Shown here piece after piece: positions 52,939-64,000 of a DNA stretch of 64,000 nt. Every line of letters begins with the position of its first letter. The stretch's first letter is position 1. The translations under genes and the position numbers were made by a program. This stretch comes from Octopus bimaculoides. Taxonomy: Eukaryota. The stretch covers positions 25,395,636 to 25,459,635 of the forward strand of contig NC_068999.1 in assembly GCF_001194135.2 (NCBI RefSeq). The letters are read 5' to 3'. The notes beneath the pieces are model-generated. The model saw nothing but the letters and a program-made list of their open reading frames with translations, ran no database searches and was not told the DNA's origin.

Positions 52939-53032
52939 CATTACATAAAGTAATGTGGGGCTGAGTTAACTGTTATTAAATACAGATAACTCTAACCAAC
53001 TATGATTATACTTTCTGTCATTTGCTCTCAGG

Positions 53033-53068
<36 letters not shown>

Positions 53069-54677
53069 TATATTCACTCACACACCTATACATGTAATTG
53101 TGTGTGCATATATATATATACATGCACACACACAGACACATATATATACATATACCTATTTGTGAAGGAATATTTGGGTTTATTCTCCAAGCCAACATTT
53201 ATATACTTATATCTATAAACTAATAACTTCTACATATAACAAGTAAGCAAGTGTACGATATTAGATTGTATTCATCATTATAGTCATTACCACCAATTCT
53301 GGAAGCCCATTGCTATGTAACTAAAGTGGAAAGTTGATTCTTTTTTGGGACAATGAAAAAATTATAAAAGGGTGGTACCAGTTTTTCCCATAATCAACAA
53401 TAAACTTGTTAAAATAAAATCAGTAATTGCTGGTCCTTATAGCATAAGAATATACTGTGTAACATAAGTAGTAGATGAAGTCCTTGAAGAATGGCAAATT
53501 AATTGAAGGACATTGGATTAGAGGTTTTTGGTGTTTTTAACTTACTGGGTGTCATGATTCAGCATCTTCATAATGTCTTGCTTATTAAATCTGCAAGCAG
53601 GCATTATCTAACATTTGCTAGACTGAGTTCATTGAGTCAATATCTTAATAATCAGCTTCCCATATGTTAATTTCATGTACTCTTTTACTATTCATGCTAA
53701 AATTCACAACATTTTAGAATTTGTGTATCCTTTGGATGAGAGATAAATGGAAAGACTAAAATTATTAATCATATAACATACAAGGAAGCATACCGAATAA
53801 TTCACATGATTCTTTTATTTCTCCTTTAAAATAAAAGAGAGCACAAAGACAAAGGATAGTTTATAAGTTAAATGCAATGTCTACAGATTCTCAAGGGACA
53901 TACGATCTCCATGTTTACTACCATTTTCTATTAAACAAATGAGAAATAGATTTACTCCAAGAAACCCAGTTTGTTGTGGTTGACTTTCCTAGTAAAGATA
54001 TAATAAAAGAATAGGATATATATATTTAGAGAGAGAGAAAGAGAGAGGAAGATTTATGTATGTATGTGTATATATATANNNNNNNNNNNNNNNNNNNNNN
54101 NNNNNNNNNNNNNNNNNNNNNNNNNNNNNNNNNNNNNNNNNNNNNNNNNNNNNNNNNNNNNNNNNNNNNNNNNNNNNNNNNNNNNNNNNNNNNNNNNNNN
54201 NNNNNNNNNNNNNNNNNNNNNNNNNNNNNNNNNNNNNNNNNNNNNNNNNNNNNNNNNNNNNNNNNNNNNNNNNNNNNNNNNNNNNNNNNNNNNNNNNNNN
54301 NNNNNNNNNNNNNNNNNNNNNNNNNNNNNNNNNNNNNNNNNNNNNNNNNNNNNNNNNNNNNNNNNNNNNNNNNNNNNNNNNNNNNNNNNNNNNNNNNNNN
54401 NNNNNNNNNNNNNNNNNNNNNNNNNNNNNNNNNNNNNNNNNNNNNNNNNNNNNNNNNNNNNNNNNNNNNNNNNNNNNNNNNNNNNNNNNNNNNNNNNNNN
54501 NNNNNNNNNNNNNNNNNNNNNNNNNNNNNNNNNNNNNNNNNNNNNNNNNNNNNNNNNNNNNNNNNNNNNNNNNNNNNNNNNNNNNNNNNNNNNNNNNNNN
54601 NNNNNNNNNNNNNNNNNNNNNNNNNNNNNNNNNNNNNNNNNNNNNNNNNNNNNNNNNNNNNNNNNNNNNNNNNNNNT

Positions 54678-54708
<31 letters not shown>

Positions 54709-54805
54709 TAAGCCTTGGGAGACGCATTATGCCAGTAATGAACACACGCATTGGTTCAGTCCTTTATTAATTTATAAACAGTATTTAGTTTGTTTTTTAT
54801 TTTTG

Positions 54806-54850
54806 TTAACTCATTTTATTGCACTCTTGCAATCTCTTCAGTATCTTGTC
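54806..54850 (-). ncRNA. Degenerate hammerhead-like motif
   Basis: Minus strand CTGAAGA-GATTGCA-AGAG-TGCAAT-AAAA. The C11.1/G12 positions are missing. Confidence 0.4.
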
Positions 54851-54949
54851 TCTCCACTTCCATTTATTCTGAATGTATGATTTAGTGTTATCTCGATGAT
54901 TTATTTTGAATGTATAATTTAGCGTTATCTCGATTTTTCCTAATTTAGA

Positions 54950-55620
54950 CCATATCCCTAGAAAATTTAGCACCCTCGTCAATAATCTACACCCTGGTTT
55001 TAAATTCACAAGAGAAATGAGCAACACACAATTACCATTTCTTCACATAATAGTAGTTAAAAACCACATCACAATCACAACTGGTATTTATTACAAAAGC
55101 ACAGATACACACCAGTACCTAAATTTTAAATCATGCCAACCCAACACACAAAATGTAACATTCCGTACTGACGAGCCAGCAAAATTAGTACTGTAGTCGA
55201 TGATCCAAATACCAGAAACACACGACTTAAAGAACTCAAAGGATTTCTGCTCAAGCAAAATTACCCTCTCCTACTCATAGAAAATAGCATACAATGGGCA
55301 AAAGAGATACCTTGAGAACAACTTAGAGCAACACAAAAAAGATGAACCCATCAAAAGAACACAATACCATTTCTAGTAACACACAATCTGCATCATTAAG
55401 ACATTTTTAACATCATCAAAATAAATTTGCCAATCATAAAACAAAGTGAAAAATTAAAAATCATACTAACTAATCAAACACTTATCTTAAGCAAAAGGCG
55501 ACCACATAACCTAAGGAAACTATTAACAAAGGCAAAATTCAACATGAACAAACAGGATAACACATTCACAGTAACCATGTGTAATGATAACATATGTGGA
55601 ACATGTTATGGATAGATTTT
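54950..55620 (+). mobile_element. Penelope-like RT thumb and linker fragment
   Basis: NNLHPGFKFTREMS..LPFL, IYYKSTDTHQYLNF, LLKQNYP and SKRRPHNLRKLLTKAKF...CNDNICGTC. Confidence 0.85.
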
Positions 55621-55669
55621 CGCAAATGCAGATTTGAAATGCAAACGCAGAAATTTGATCTACTACATT

Positions 55670-56530
55670 AAATGTCCAAATTGCAGGTGTGCAACATCTC
55701 TGGGGTTCTGTATTTTCTGCAAGACTTTCGTATCATCTGTGTAGCTATCAAGGGTGGCTATCCAGGCAGCTGAGAGCATATCTGAGAGGATCACTATGAA
55801 CAGCAGTGGTCCCAAGACAGAACCCTGTGGAACACCACTGACTATTTGTGTTTTCATTGAGGCGGCTCCATTGGCCACTACTGCCTGACTATTATCTTTC
55901 AGAAAGTCATGTAACCACTCTCCAAGTTTTCCAGCTATGCTGAGATCACACAGTTTGTGACATATCATACCATGATCCAATTTATCAAAAATTTTTGCAA
56001 AATCAAGGTATATTATGTCCACATTTGACTTGTTGAGAAACTGTCTCAACACCCAGTCATAATGCTGTAAGAGCTGGGTCAGGCCGCTCCTACCTGGTTG
56101 AAAGCCATGCTGGGTATCACTCAGCAAGTTGTTTTCATCAAGGAATGCGGTTAGTTTCCCTCTGACTTTCCCTTCCATGACTTTGTTGATATGTGAAATC
56201 AGAGAGATAGGCATATAGTCTTTGGCATCTACTCTGCTTCCCCCTTTATGGATTGGGCATATTATTTCCTCCTTCAGTTTGCTTGGCAGCCTGCCGTTTG
56301 CAAGAAAGCTCTGGAAGAGAATCTGTAGAGGTCTTGCCAGGGCACAATTACATGATTTAAGGAGGATTGCTGGGAAACCAACAGGACCAGCAGTTGAGTA
56401 TGCATCCACCTCATCTATGGCTAGTAGTATATCTTCACTAAGGTCTATGTAATCCATCGTAATTGCCTCACTGGTTATAGGTGAGAAGGCAAATAAATCC
56501 ACTGGTTCATTCACTTCTCTGTCATTCAGT
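55670..56530 (-). mobile_element. CR1-type LINE RT, open for about 285 codons
   Basis: PIHKGGSR, QHGFQPGRS, IYLDFAKIFD, SGVPQGSVLGPLLF and SYTDDTK. Confidence 0.92.
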
Positions 56531-56536
56531 ACCTCA

Positions 56537-56932
56537 CTAGTGCCCCTGGACTGGCTCTTGTATGGGTGACACATAAAATACACCATTTTGAGCGTGGCCG
56601 TTGCCAGTACCGCCTGACTGGCCTTCATAGGATTTTCAAGCGAGATCGTTGCCAGTGCCCCTGGACTGGCTCTTGTGTAGGTGGCACATAAAATACACCA
56701 TTTTGAGTGTGGCTGTTGCCAGTACCGCCTGACTGGCCTTCGTGCGGGTGACACGTAAAAGCACCCACTACACTCTTTTAGTGGTTGGCGTTGGGAAGGG
56801 CATCCAGCTGTAGAAACTCTGCCAAATCAGATTGTTGGCCGGTGTTGCCATCCGGTTTCACCAGTCTTCAGTCAAATCGTCCAACCCATGCTAGCATGGA
56901 AAGCGGACGTTAAACGATGATGATGATGATGA

Positions 56933-56935
<3 letters not shown>
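56537..56935 (+). mobile_element. GAT-tailed retroposon with an internal 115-bp direct repeat
   Basis: AGTGCCCCTGGACTGGCTCTTGT at 56539 and 56654; then GGAAGGGCATCCAGC...GCTAGCATGGAAAGCGGACGTTAAAC(GAT)n. Confidence 0.85.
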
Positions 56936-56980
<45 letters not shown>

Positions 56981-57419
56981 GTATGTATATGTATGTATGT
57001 ATGTATCAAATGTGATTTATGTCTTTTGGAAAAATTCTGTATTTTATTCCAGGGCAATAGCGCTTTGAATCAAAGAAGCAAACTCTTGAATTCCTGCAGA
57101 CACACAACAAAATTTAAAATGTTGGCTAACAATAACCATATGGAAAGTATATTTTTTTGAGTCTTGAACTAGTTTTTAATTCCACTGTTGGATTTGTATC
57201 TTGTAATGCATTGTTTATTTCACATAGCAAAGATATTGTATATATTTCAACATATTTCTTAAGAAAACCTTCGACTGCTATATGTATATATTATTTTCAT
57301 GTTTAAGATTTTATTTTTATTTCATTTTATTGTATTCAAATCCATTTAATTGTTATATTTATAGATAATTCGATATATGGTGTTCTATTTTGCATGTCTT
57401 TTATCTGATTTTTATTATT

Positions 57420-57785
57420 ATACACTCAACAATTTTTTAAAAAGTTGTTTGTATATATACGACAGGACCTAGATAAAGCAAAACATAAATATAATAATAG
57501 GAGACCAAAAAAATACGATTAAATTTAATTCTTTTATTGATAATAATAAATTATATATTATGAAAAATAAATGTAATAATATAAATAATAAAAAACAAAA
57601 TTTGGTTCATTATTCCTTATGGAGTTCAAGTTAAAACAAACATTAAAGAAATTTTAAATATAATTGAGGTATTGCTTAAAGGTAATAAAAAATATAATAA
57701 CATTTTTTCTAGTGATAATTTTGGAGTTGATAACACTACTACTAATAATGTTGGTAATATTATTTCTTCTTTTAATAAATTTAAG
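57420..57785 (+). mobile_element. Degenerate PLE fragment (Neptune-like), cut by a gap
   Basis: KIWFIIPYGVQVKTNIKEIL...KYNNIF...NIISSFN, resembling IIWFNPP...VKTNIG...KIFN...II..HN. Confidence 0.55.
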
Positions 57786-57966
57786 NNNNNNNNNNNNNNN
57801 NNNNNNNNNNNNNNNNNNNNNNNNNNNNNNNNNNNNNNNNNNNNNNNNNNNNNNNNNNNNNNNNNNNNNNNNNNNNNNNNNNNNNGTTCTTTATTCTAGG
57901 TAGTCCAGCCATGTTCCTCTAAGCAACTAACTCTAAGACTTACTTGTGTGCACATGCATAATGGTG

Positions 57967-58016
<50 letters not shown>

Positions 58017-60814
58017 TGTGTGTGTGTGTGTGTGTTTGTAAATATATGTGTGCATATGTGTGTGTGAAGAGATAGACACAATTTTCCACTATTTTATCAT
58101 TTGTCTGTCTGCATCCAAAACGATTCATCAAACTATCCTTCTCAGTAATTTTCAACAGGTAAAAAAAACGTTTGTGTAACTGATATGGGTAAGTTTGTTA
58201 TACTTAATCTTTGAATCTTAGTTGGAGGAAGTGGAATGCTAAAGATGTCAAAAAACTCTGGCTCCTTTACTCTCCTCACATACATAGAGAGAAACACACT
58301 CAACAGAAATACGACACACCCAAATTCTAGATGCAACTGAAAGGAAGTTATCTGATATTGCATGCTGAATAATACTCTAGTAGATGGTCTGTAAAACAGG
58401 GAAATGACAGCATTCTTCTATCAGGTTAAATACAAATTAGACATAAGAATCCAGAACACAGAAAATATTTGCTGTCTTTCATATTCTCAAAGTATGGCAG
58501 TAGAGTTTAAAGCTTTTATTATTATCATTATTACTATTATTATTATTACTATTATTATTATTGCATGTTTCACATTTGTTTCTTGTGTATAAGGTCTCCC
58601 ATTTACTTGCAATGTAGAAGTGTTGCAGTTAAGTTTTCTGCAACCTGTTTTGATTCTCAGTTCTCATTTCACTTTGGAGGTACATGAGTATCATTTTACT
58701 TTGAAAATTCATATCATTAATTTACCATTTCACTGCACCAAATAAAAAAAGTTTGTCTGGTGACATTTTCTTTCATATATTAAAGCTCATACATATAGAG
58801 TGGAAGTTTTTTTGTTTCTTTTAGATTGTATGCTCTCTATCAATTACTATACCCTCAATTTAAATCTCACAATTGTTCTTCCATCAGTCCTTGTCTAATG
58901 ATCAATCAATTATTGTTTTGTTTTTTGTTTTTTTTCTTATATTCCAATATTCTCTGAATTCAACCACCTTTTTCTGGAAATAACAAAATCATGTTAAGCA
59001 CAATTTCAAATGGATAACAATCTCGTCCTTTGAAAGTTAGCTAGGAACCAAAGTGGTAAAATAGGCAATTATAACCAAATATAATTCCTGCTGCTCAATC
59101 AGCTTTTGACTGGCTGTAGTCATTTGTTGATTTTAAGCCATTCACCTATCACCTGTCATTTCTTATCCATTTCCTGGTGAATACAAGCAACCAAATGAAA
59201 CCTGCTCATCTTACATACAGAGAGAGAAACACACACAATGCACATACATTTGGGCCACATGAGACATGGCTCATCATTAGGTGGGCCACACTTCTAAAAA
59301 AATTCAAGGTAATTTTTCATTGGTGTGCTATTCAGAAAGTCCCACAGGCTGCAGTTTGCCAATGACTGATCTAGGGCTATATTGTTTTTAAGATGGTGGA
59401 GTGTGATTTGAGGGTGATTTCTATATTTCTAGAAGATTGAACGATCATGCAGAAGTTTTCTGAAATGGTTTCAATCAAATATACTCTTTCTCTACAAAGT
59501 GATGGTTGTGTGTCTAAACAAGAAAACACTATTCATTATTCACAGATATTTATAATGGTATGAATTACACAATGTAACAAAATTTTTTGTCTTTGATCAG
59601 TAAGTGTTATTCCTATTTGCTTCTATCTAGAAACCAAAAGAAAAGGCTGCTATTCCCTTCAAATTTTGCTTTCGTGATCTGGACATGAATGTTTTGAAAT
59701 TGACCTCTTTTCCATTACATTTAAGACAGATTCAGTGCCAAGTTGCTGAAGCAGAAATATCATTATAGCAAATATTCTACTCACTACCTCAGATTTGCTT
59801 GTAAGCTACTTGATCTTAACTACTTGATCTTAACTACTTGATCTTAACTACTTGAGCCTGACACTTCGTGACTGACAATACGTGCATCTCTGATCATGAG
59901 CAGGAGTAGTAGAGGAGCATCATAGCCATGTGTTGAGAGGAATAATTTGGGGTTTGAATAAATGTAACAAAAGCAAAGTGTGAAGAAAATATAAACCATT
60001 TTTCAGACTTTCTTGAGGTAAACGAATAGGAAATAACAGTTGCTACCCAAGGACAAAAATCGTCAATGATAAATTTATCAATTTGTAATGAAGTGATTAC
60101 AAAATCCATATATTTTTCTTTTTAAGTCTCAGGTTTAAACTGTTGCAGTATATTTATGCAATAGCTGATATCAACCTATTTTATTTCATTGCTGTTTTAG
60201 AAAACAGACAGTTAGAAGTTGAGTAGAATAAAAAGCTGTTTGATCTAGAAACTGTCAGTATGTAGATGAAGGATTTTGGACGAGATCCAATTCTGATTTC
60301 TGCAGAAAAAGAAATGAACTTTTTAATAGGTTAACTTTGATTTAGATAGGAATCTTCAATCTCCAGACCTTTACAATTTTTATCCATTTATATGCTCTTT
60401 TCAAATACAATATTTTTTAAAAACCAAATTAATATTCTCAAGTAGACACTTAACATAATGTATAGTGACATAAATTCTTGAGTTACCTCATTTTTGTCTA
60501 TTTCTTCTTAATAAGATAACAGGATATAGACTGTTCTAGATTCCTACATTCTCTCATTCTAAGACATTCTTGTAGTTTTATACTTCAGTTATTAGTTCGT
60601 TTATAATATTTCTATAAGCCAAAACAACAAAATAACTCTTATTTTCAGTCCAGCTTAACGATTCCTAGAATTTTACATGTTAGTTTCTCTATTTTTGTAT
60701 TCTTGTGTCATTGCCGTTATTTATATTTATTTTCACTCATTTTAAAATTTTGAATTCCCTTCGAATTTCAACTTTGATTCTTCACTCAATTTTATAAGCA
60801 CATCCTCTACAGTG

Positions 60815-61025
60815 TCACATAAAAGCACCCATGAAGTGCGTCATAAAAGCGCCCAGGAAGTGCCACATAAAGTTACACCCAGTACCATAAAGTGGTTGGC
60901 ATTGGGAAGAGCATCCAGCCATAGAAACTGTGCCAAATCAAACTGGAGTCTGGTGCAGTTCCCCAGCTTGCCAGCTCTGGTCAAACCTTCCAGCCCATGC
61001 CAGATGGACAATGGACATTAAATGA
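60815..61025 (+). mobile_element. GAT-tailed retroposon 3' part with three ~24-bp units
   Basis: CATAAAAGC(A/G)CCC units, then GGGAAGAGCATCCAGCCATAGAAAC...GGACATTAAATGAT. Confidence 0.75.
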
Positions 61026-61381
61026 TATATATAATCTCTCTCTTTCCTTGAAATTTTTAATGTTTAGTTTCATAGAAACATTTCTCCCAAATTCATCCCT
61101 AGTAATATGAGAAATTTTAATGGGTTACACAGACTTGCAAATCATCTGTTTTACAGACCTTTCTATTCTTTTCTTTTTTTTGCTCATTAGACTGTAACTA
61201 TTTTGGAATACAACCCTAACAAGAAGAGTTTGAAGAGTAAGAAAATGGACAGAAGACAAAACTTTTGAATTTCAAAACAAGGAAATAGATACTAAATCTA
61301 AAACAAGGAAATAGATACTAAATTTAACAAGCTTCACATTTATTCAGAATCAAAAGTAATTAATGACTGGCTGGTACTTAC

Positions 61382-61435
61382 TCGTTCTCCTTTTGTTCCA
61401 TTACAGATACATTTAGGTTCACAGCCACTACATGC
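61382..61435 (-). CDS. col4a1: Type IV collagen alpha chain (alpha1-like): exon with the 7S N-terminal cysteine cluster
   Basis: 54 nt, phase 0/0. Acceptor TTTTTGTTTTTTGTTTTTTGCAG, donor GTAAGT. Translates ACSGCEPKCICNGTKGER, matching the CxxC..CxC-GxKGER start of collagen IV alpha1 chains (C. elegans EMB-9-type CxGC..CxCxGTKGERG, from memory). Assignment to alpha1 rather than alpha2 is less certain than collagen IV itself. Confidence 0.88.
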
Positions 61436-62499
61436 CTGCAAAAAACAAAAAACAAAAATGTATAGATATATATATATATTTAAAAGAAAAAAAACTTGCA
61501 GCTTATTCCAAATTTTTTAAATCCTAACTTTTTAATGCCTGTCATTTTACTTGCACTTTGATAAACCTAATACAACTATAAAAGGTGATTGCTCAAGGTG
61601 TTACACTGAGAAACTAAACATGGAAAAAAGTAGTTTTGAAGCAAACTTCTAAGACACATAGTTTTGTCCTATTTTTATTGCAGAATTATGAAATTGTTTT
61701 GTTTCTCTAAAATACACTACAGATAACTGAACAGTGATTAGAGTTGATCAAAACATACTTTTGTATATTTACATGAGATATAAATAATGAGAGACAATGA
61801 GAAAGAATAAATTTTGAGTACAAGTTTTGAACTTATCCAGAGTTCAGTATATCAGTTTTATATATTTACTCAATAATTCAGTTTTACTTTTCAAATATTA
61901 ATGGTTCAACATCAATTTTTTTTTGTTTTTAGAATTTACAGAATGATTTTGCTTAATTTATTCTTGATATTGTTACAGTGGAAAGTTATACAGTTGTATG
62001 TCTTATTAACACAATCTATTAAATTTAGTTTGTTTTTTTTTTCTTTTGCTTTTGTGGTGAATGGGGTTCTCTGCGAAAACATTGACTCTTCATCACTTCA
62101 TTTTTCTTCATTTTTCAGTGATATCTTTGTATCTTACATATCAAGAAATGAAATATATTATTGAATTATTTCCATTGAATTTTACTAATATATTCCGTTT
62201 CTTGTTTGAATGTAGATAAATGTTGAACACAAAATGTCCATTGGTAAAAACATTGTTCCTATGCAGGAAGAGAAAGGGGCATGGCTGAAACTCATTGATG
62301 CAAGCTCCTTATCACTTCCTTCACCTCATTACAGTGTGCCATTTTATAAATCCAAAACTGAACAATATTTCCAATTTTTTCTTCTTTAAAACAAACAGCA
62401 GGTCACTGAAATGCTGTTCCTGTACCTACCACCAGGCCACCTACCCTATCACATTCCTCCTCCTCTCTCTCACACACACACACTATATTTGTCAAATAG

Positions 62500-63673
62500 T
62501 GTAGAAAAGGCCAAATGAAAGTTCTAAGCACCGCAACTCATCAGCAAAAAGAGATTTAAAATGATATATCTATCTTGGTACATTTCAACATTTACCCAAA
62601 CACAAAACTAATGCTGGTTCCTTATACAATTCCAGAGCTGATAATTTGTAGAGGAAAGGAATAGTAAGTATATTGATGTTATTAACGTGGTTCAAATTAT
62701 GTACAAAGCATAAAAAGCATTCTAAATGCTCTGAAATCATCAAAACACCTAAATTTACCAAACAAGTTCAACAGGCTACTGATTACATCCCAGAAAGTCC
62801 ATGAGGTCAGCTACAAAAGATCTCCATGTGTCAGAAGAAACAGTCAGAAATGTTGTCCACGAAGATATCAGATATAAGTCTTATATGATGAGGAAAGGTC
62901 AATTTGCCAGAAAAAGCAAAAGAAAATCACTACATCAGATCTAGAAGGCTCTTAAACAAACTGAAAAATCCAGCAGAAGATTTCATTTGGTTATTCTCAA
63001 ATAAGAAAACTTCGACCAATATCAAAAAGTTATCAGAAGAAATGACAGATGGTTATGTGCAGACTCTTCTGAAGTTCCAAGTGTTATGCATACAAAATTT
63101 CCTGCAACTGTCATGGTTTTAGGAGTTGTCAGCAATGAGGACATGTGATGCCTCTTTACTTCTTTCCACAAAGCCTTAGAGTTAACTCTGCTGCCTATAT
63201 TGAGGTCTTGGAAATAATTGTTAAACCCTGGATAGACAGTGTACACAATGGAAGGCCATATGTATTTCAGTAAGATTCTGCACTATCACACATGGCTCTA
63301 GTAACACAAAAATGGATGGCTGAAGATTGTTATGATTACATAACCCCTAACATTTGACCTCCTAATTCTCCAGATCTCAGTCTATTGGATTATTACATGT
63401 GGAGCATTGTTGAGAGATAGGTCATTGAACATACTCTTAACACCAAATATTCTTTGAAAGCTGCCATAGTCAGAGTAATATCCAAAATGAACCAGGACCA
63501 CTTGATTCAAACATGTAGATGATTTAGATCTCAAAGGTGGCTTTATTGGATAACATTATAGAAAAGAAGGTTTATTTTTATCCTCTTAGCATTTTTTCCG
63601 TAAATTAAAGCTATTATATATCTGTTTTTTTTATAAACATAAATATGTCCTCAAATATCTTACACACCCTGTA
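62500..63673 (+). mobile_element. Tc1/mariner transposon, DD37D (maT) type, degenerate
   Basis: EDIRYKSYMMRKGQF, FPATVMVLGVVS, FQ*DSALSH and PNSPDLSLLD, with 37 residues between D2 and D3. Right TIR ...TTACACACCCTG followed by TA. Left TIR not found. Confidence 0.88.
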
Positions 63674-63696
63674 GACAGACAGACAGACAGACAGAC

Positions 63697-63733
<37 letters not shown>

Positions 63734-63749
63734 TATAGATATACACACA

Positions 63750-63965
63750 TCATCATCATCATCATCATCATCGTTTAACGTCCGCTTTCCATGCTAGCAT
63801 GGGTTGGATGATTTGACTGAGGACTGGTGAACCGGATGGCTACACCAGGCTCCAATCTGATTTGGCAGAGTTTCTACAACTGGATGACCTTCCTAACGCC
63901 AACCACTCCGAGATCCGAGAGTATAATGGGTGCTTTTACGTGCCACCAGCATGAAGGCCAGTCGT
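63750..63965 (-). mobile_element. GAT-tailed retroposon, same family as 56537
   Basis: (CAT)n-CGTTTAACGTCCGCTTTCCATGCTAGCATGGG...GTGCTTTTACGTGCCACC. Confidence 0.85.
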
Positions 63966-64000
63966 GCCGATATCTATAAAAACAGTGTTGGACAATGTGC

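Noticed and set aside
53546-53590. 45-nt AG...GTAAGT segment with one open frame (FNKQDIMKMLNHDT)
   Set aside because: It is phase 2/2 and non-collagenous, and the flanking real exons join in perfect Gly-X-Y register without it. Likely chance; similar weak candidates near 14898, 21697, 36337 and 50530 were also dropped.
58142-58363. 73-aa minus-strand ORF with a hydrophobic segment, considered as a signal or TM exon
   Set aside because: It lies downstream of the cysteine exon, so it cannot be the collagen signal exon. It ends in a stop with no donor and has no recognisable homology.
59807-59854. 14-bp tandem repeat CTACTTGATCTTAA (about 3.5 copies); also a 26-bp-period duplication at 61274-61323
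   Set aside because: These are ordinary slippage duplications with no supporting context.

Overview
Eukaryotic, AT-rich, microsatellite-dense genomic DNA with many assembly gaps. The repeat families look like those of an octopus (coleoid cephalopod); this is my recognition, not a database result. Only one host gene is supportable: the 5' part of a type IV (basement-membrane) collagen alpha chain on the minus strand. Three phase-0 exons (61382-61435, 37090-37224, 29278-29322) splice to ACSGCEPKCICNGTK-GER-(Gly-X-Y)x20, the 7S N-terminus. The ORF track misses two of these exons. Almost everything else is intron filled with retro- and DNA-transposon debris: RTE, CR1, Tx1/L1 and R2-group (RLE) LINEs, at least two clades of Penelope-like elements (PLEs), tRNA-derived SINEs, a DD37D maT transposon, a hAT relic and several MITEs. 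The most interesting signals are (i) four hammerhead-ribozyme-like motifs at three PLE loci, one inside a 600-bp insertion with a target-site duplication and an inverted terminal repeat; (ii) several long inverted repeats in the collagen pre-mRNA, one a perfect 85-bp pair; and (iii) a PHD finger inside an RTE reverse transcriptase. I see no CRISPR array, rRNA, true tRNA gene or prokaryote-type system, and I cannot claim a wholly new system from sequence alone. TE boundaries are approximate unless a TSD or TIR is quoted; identities were estimated by eye.
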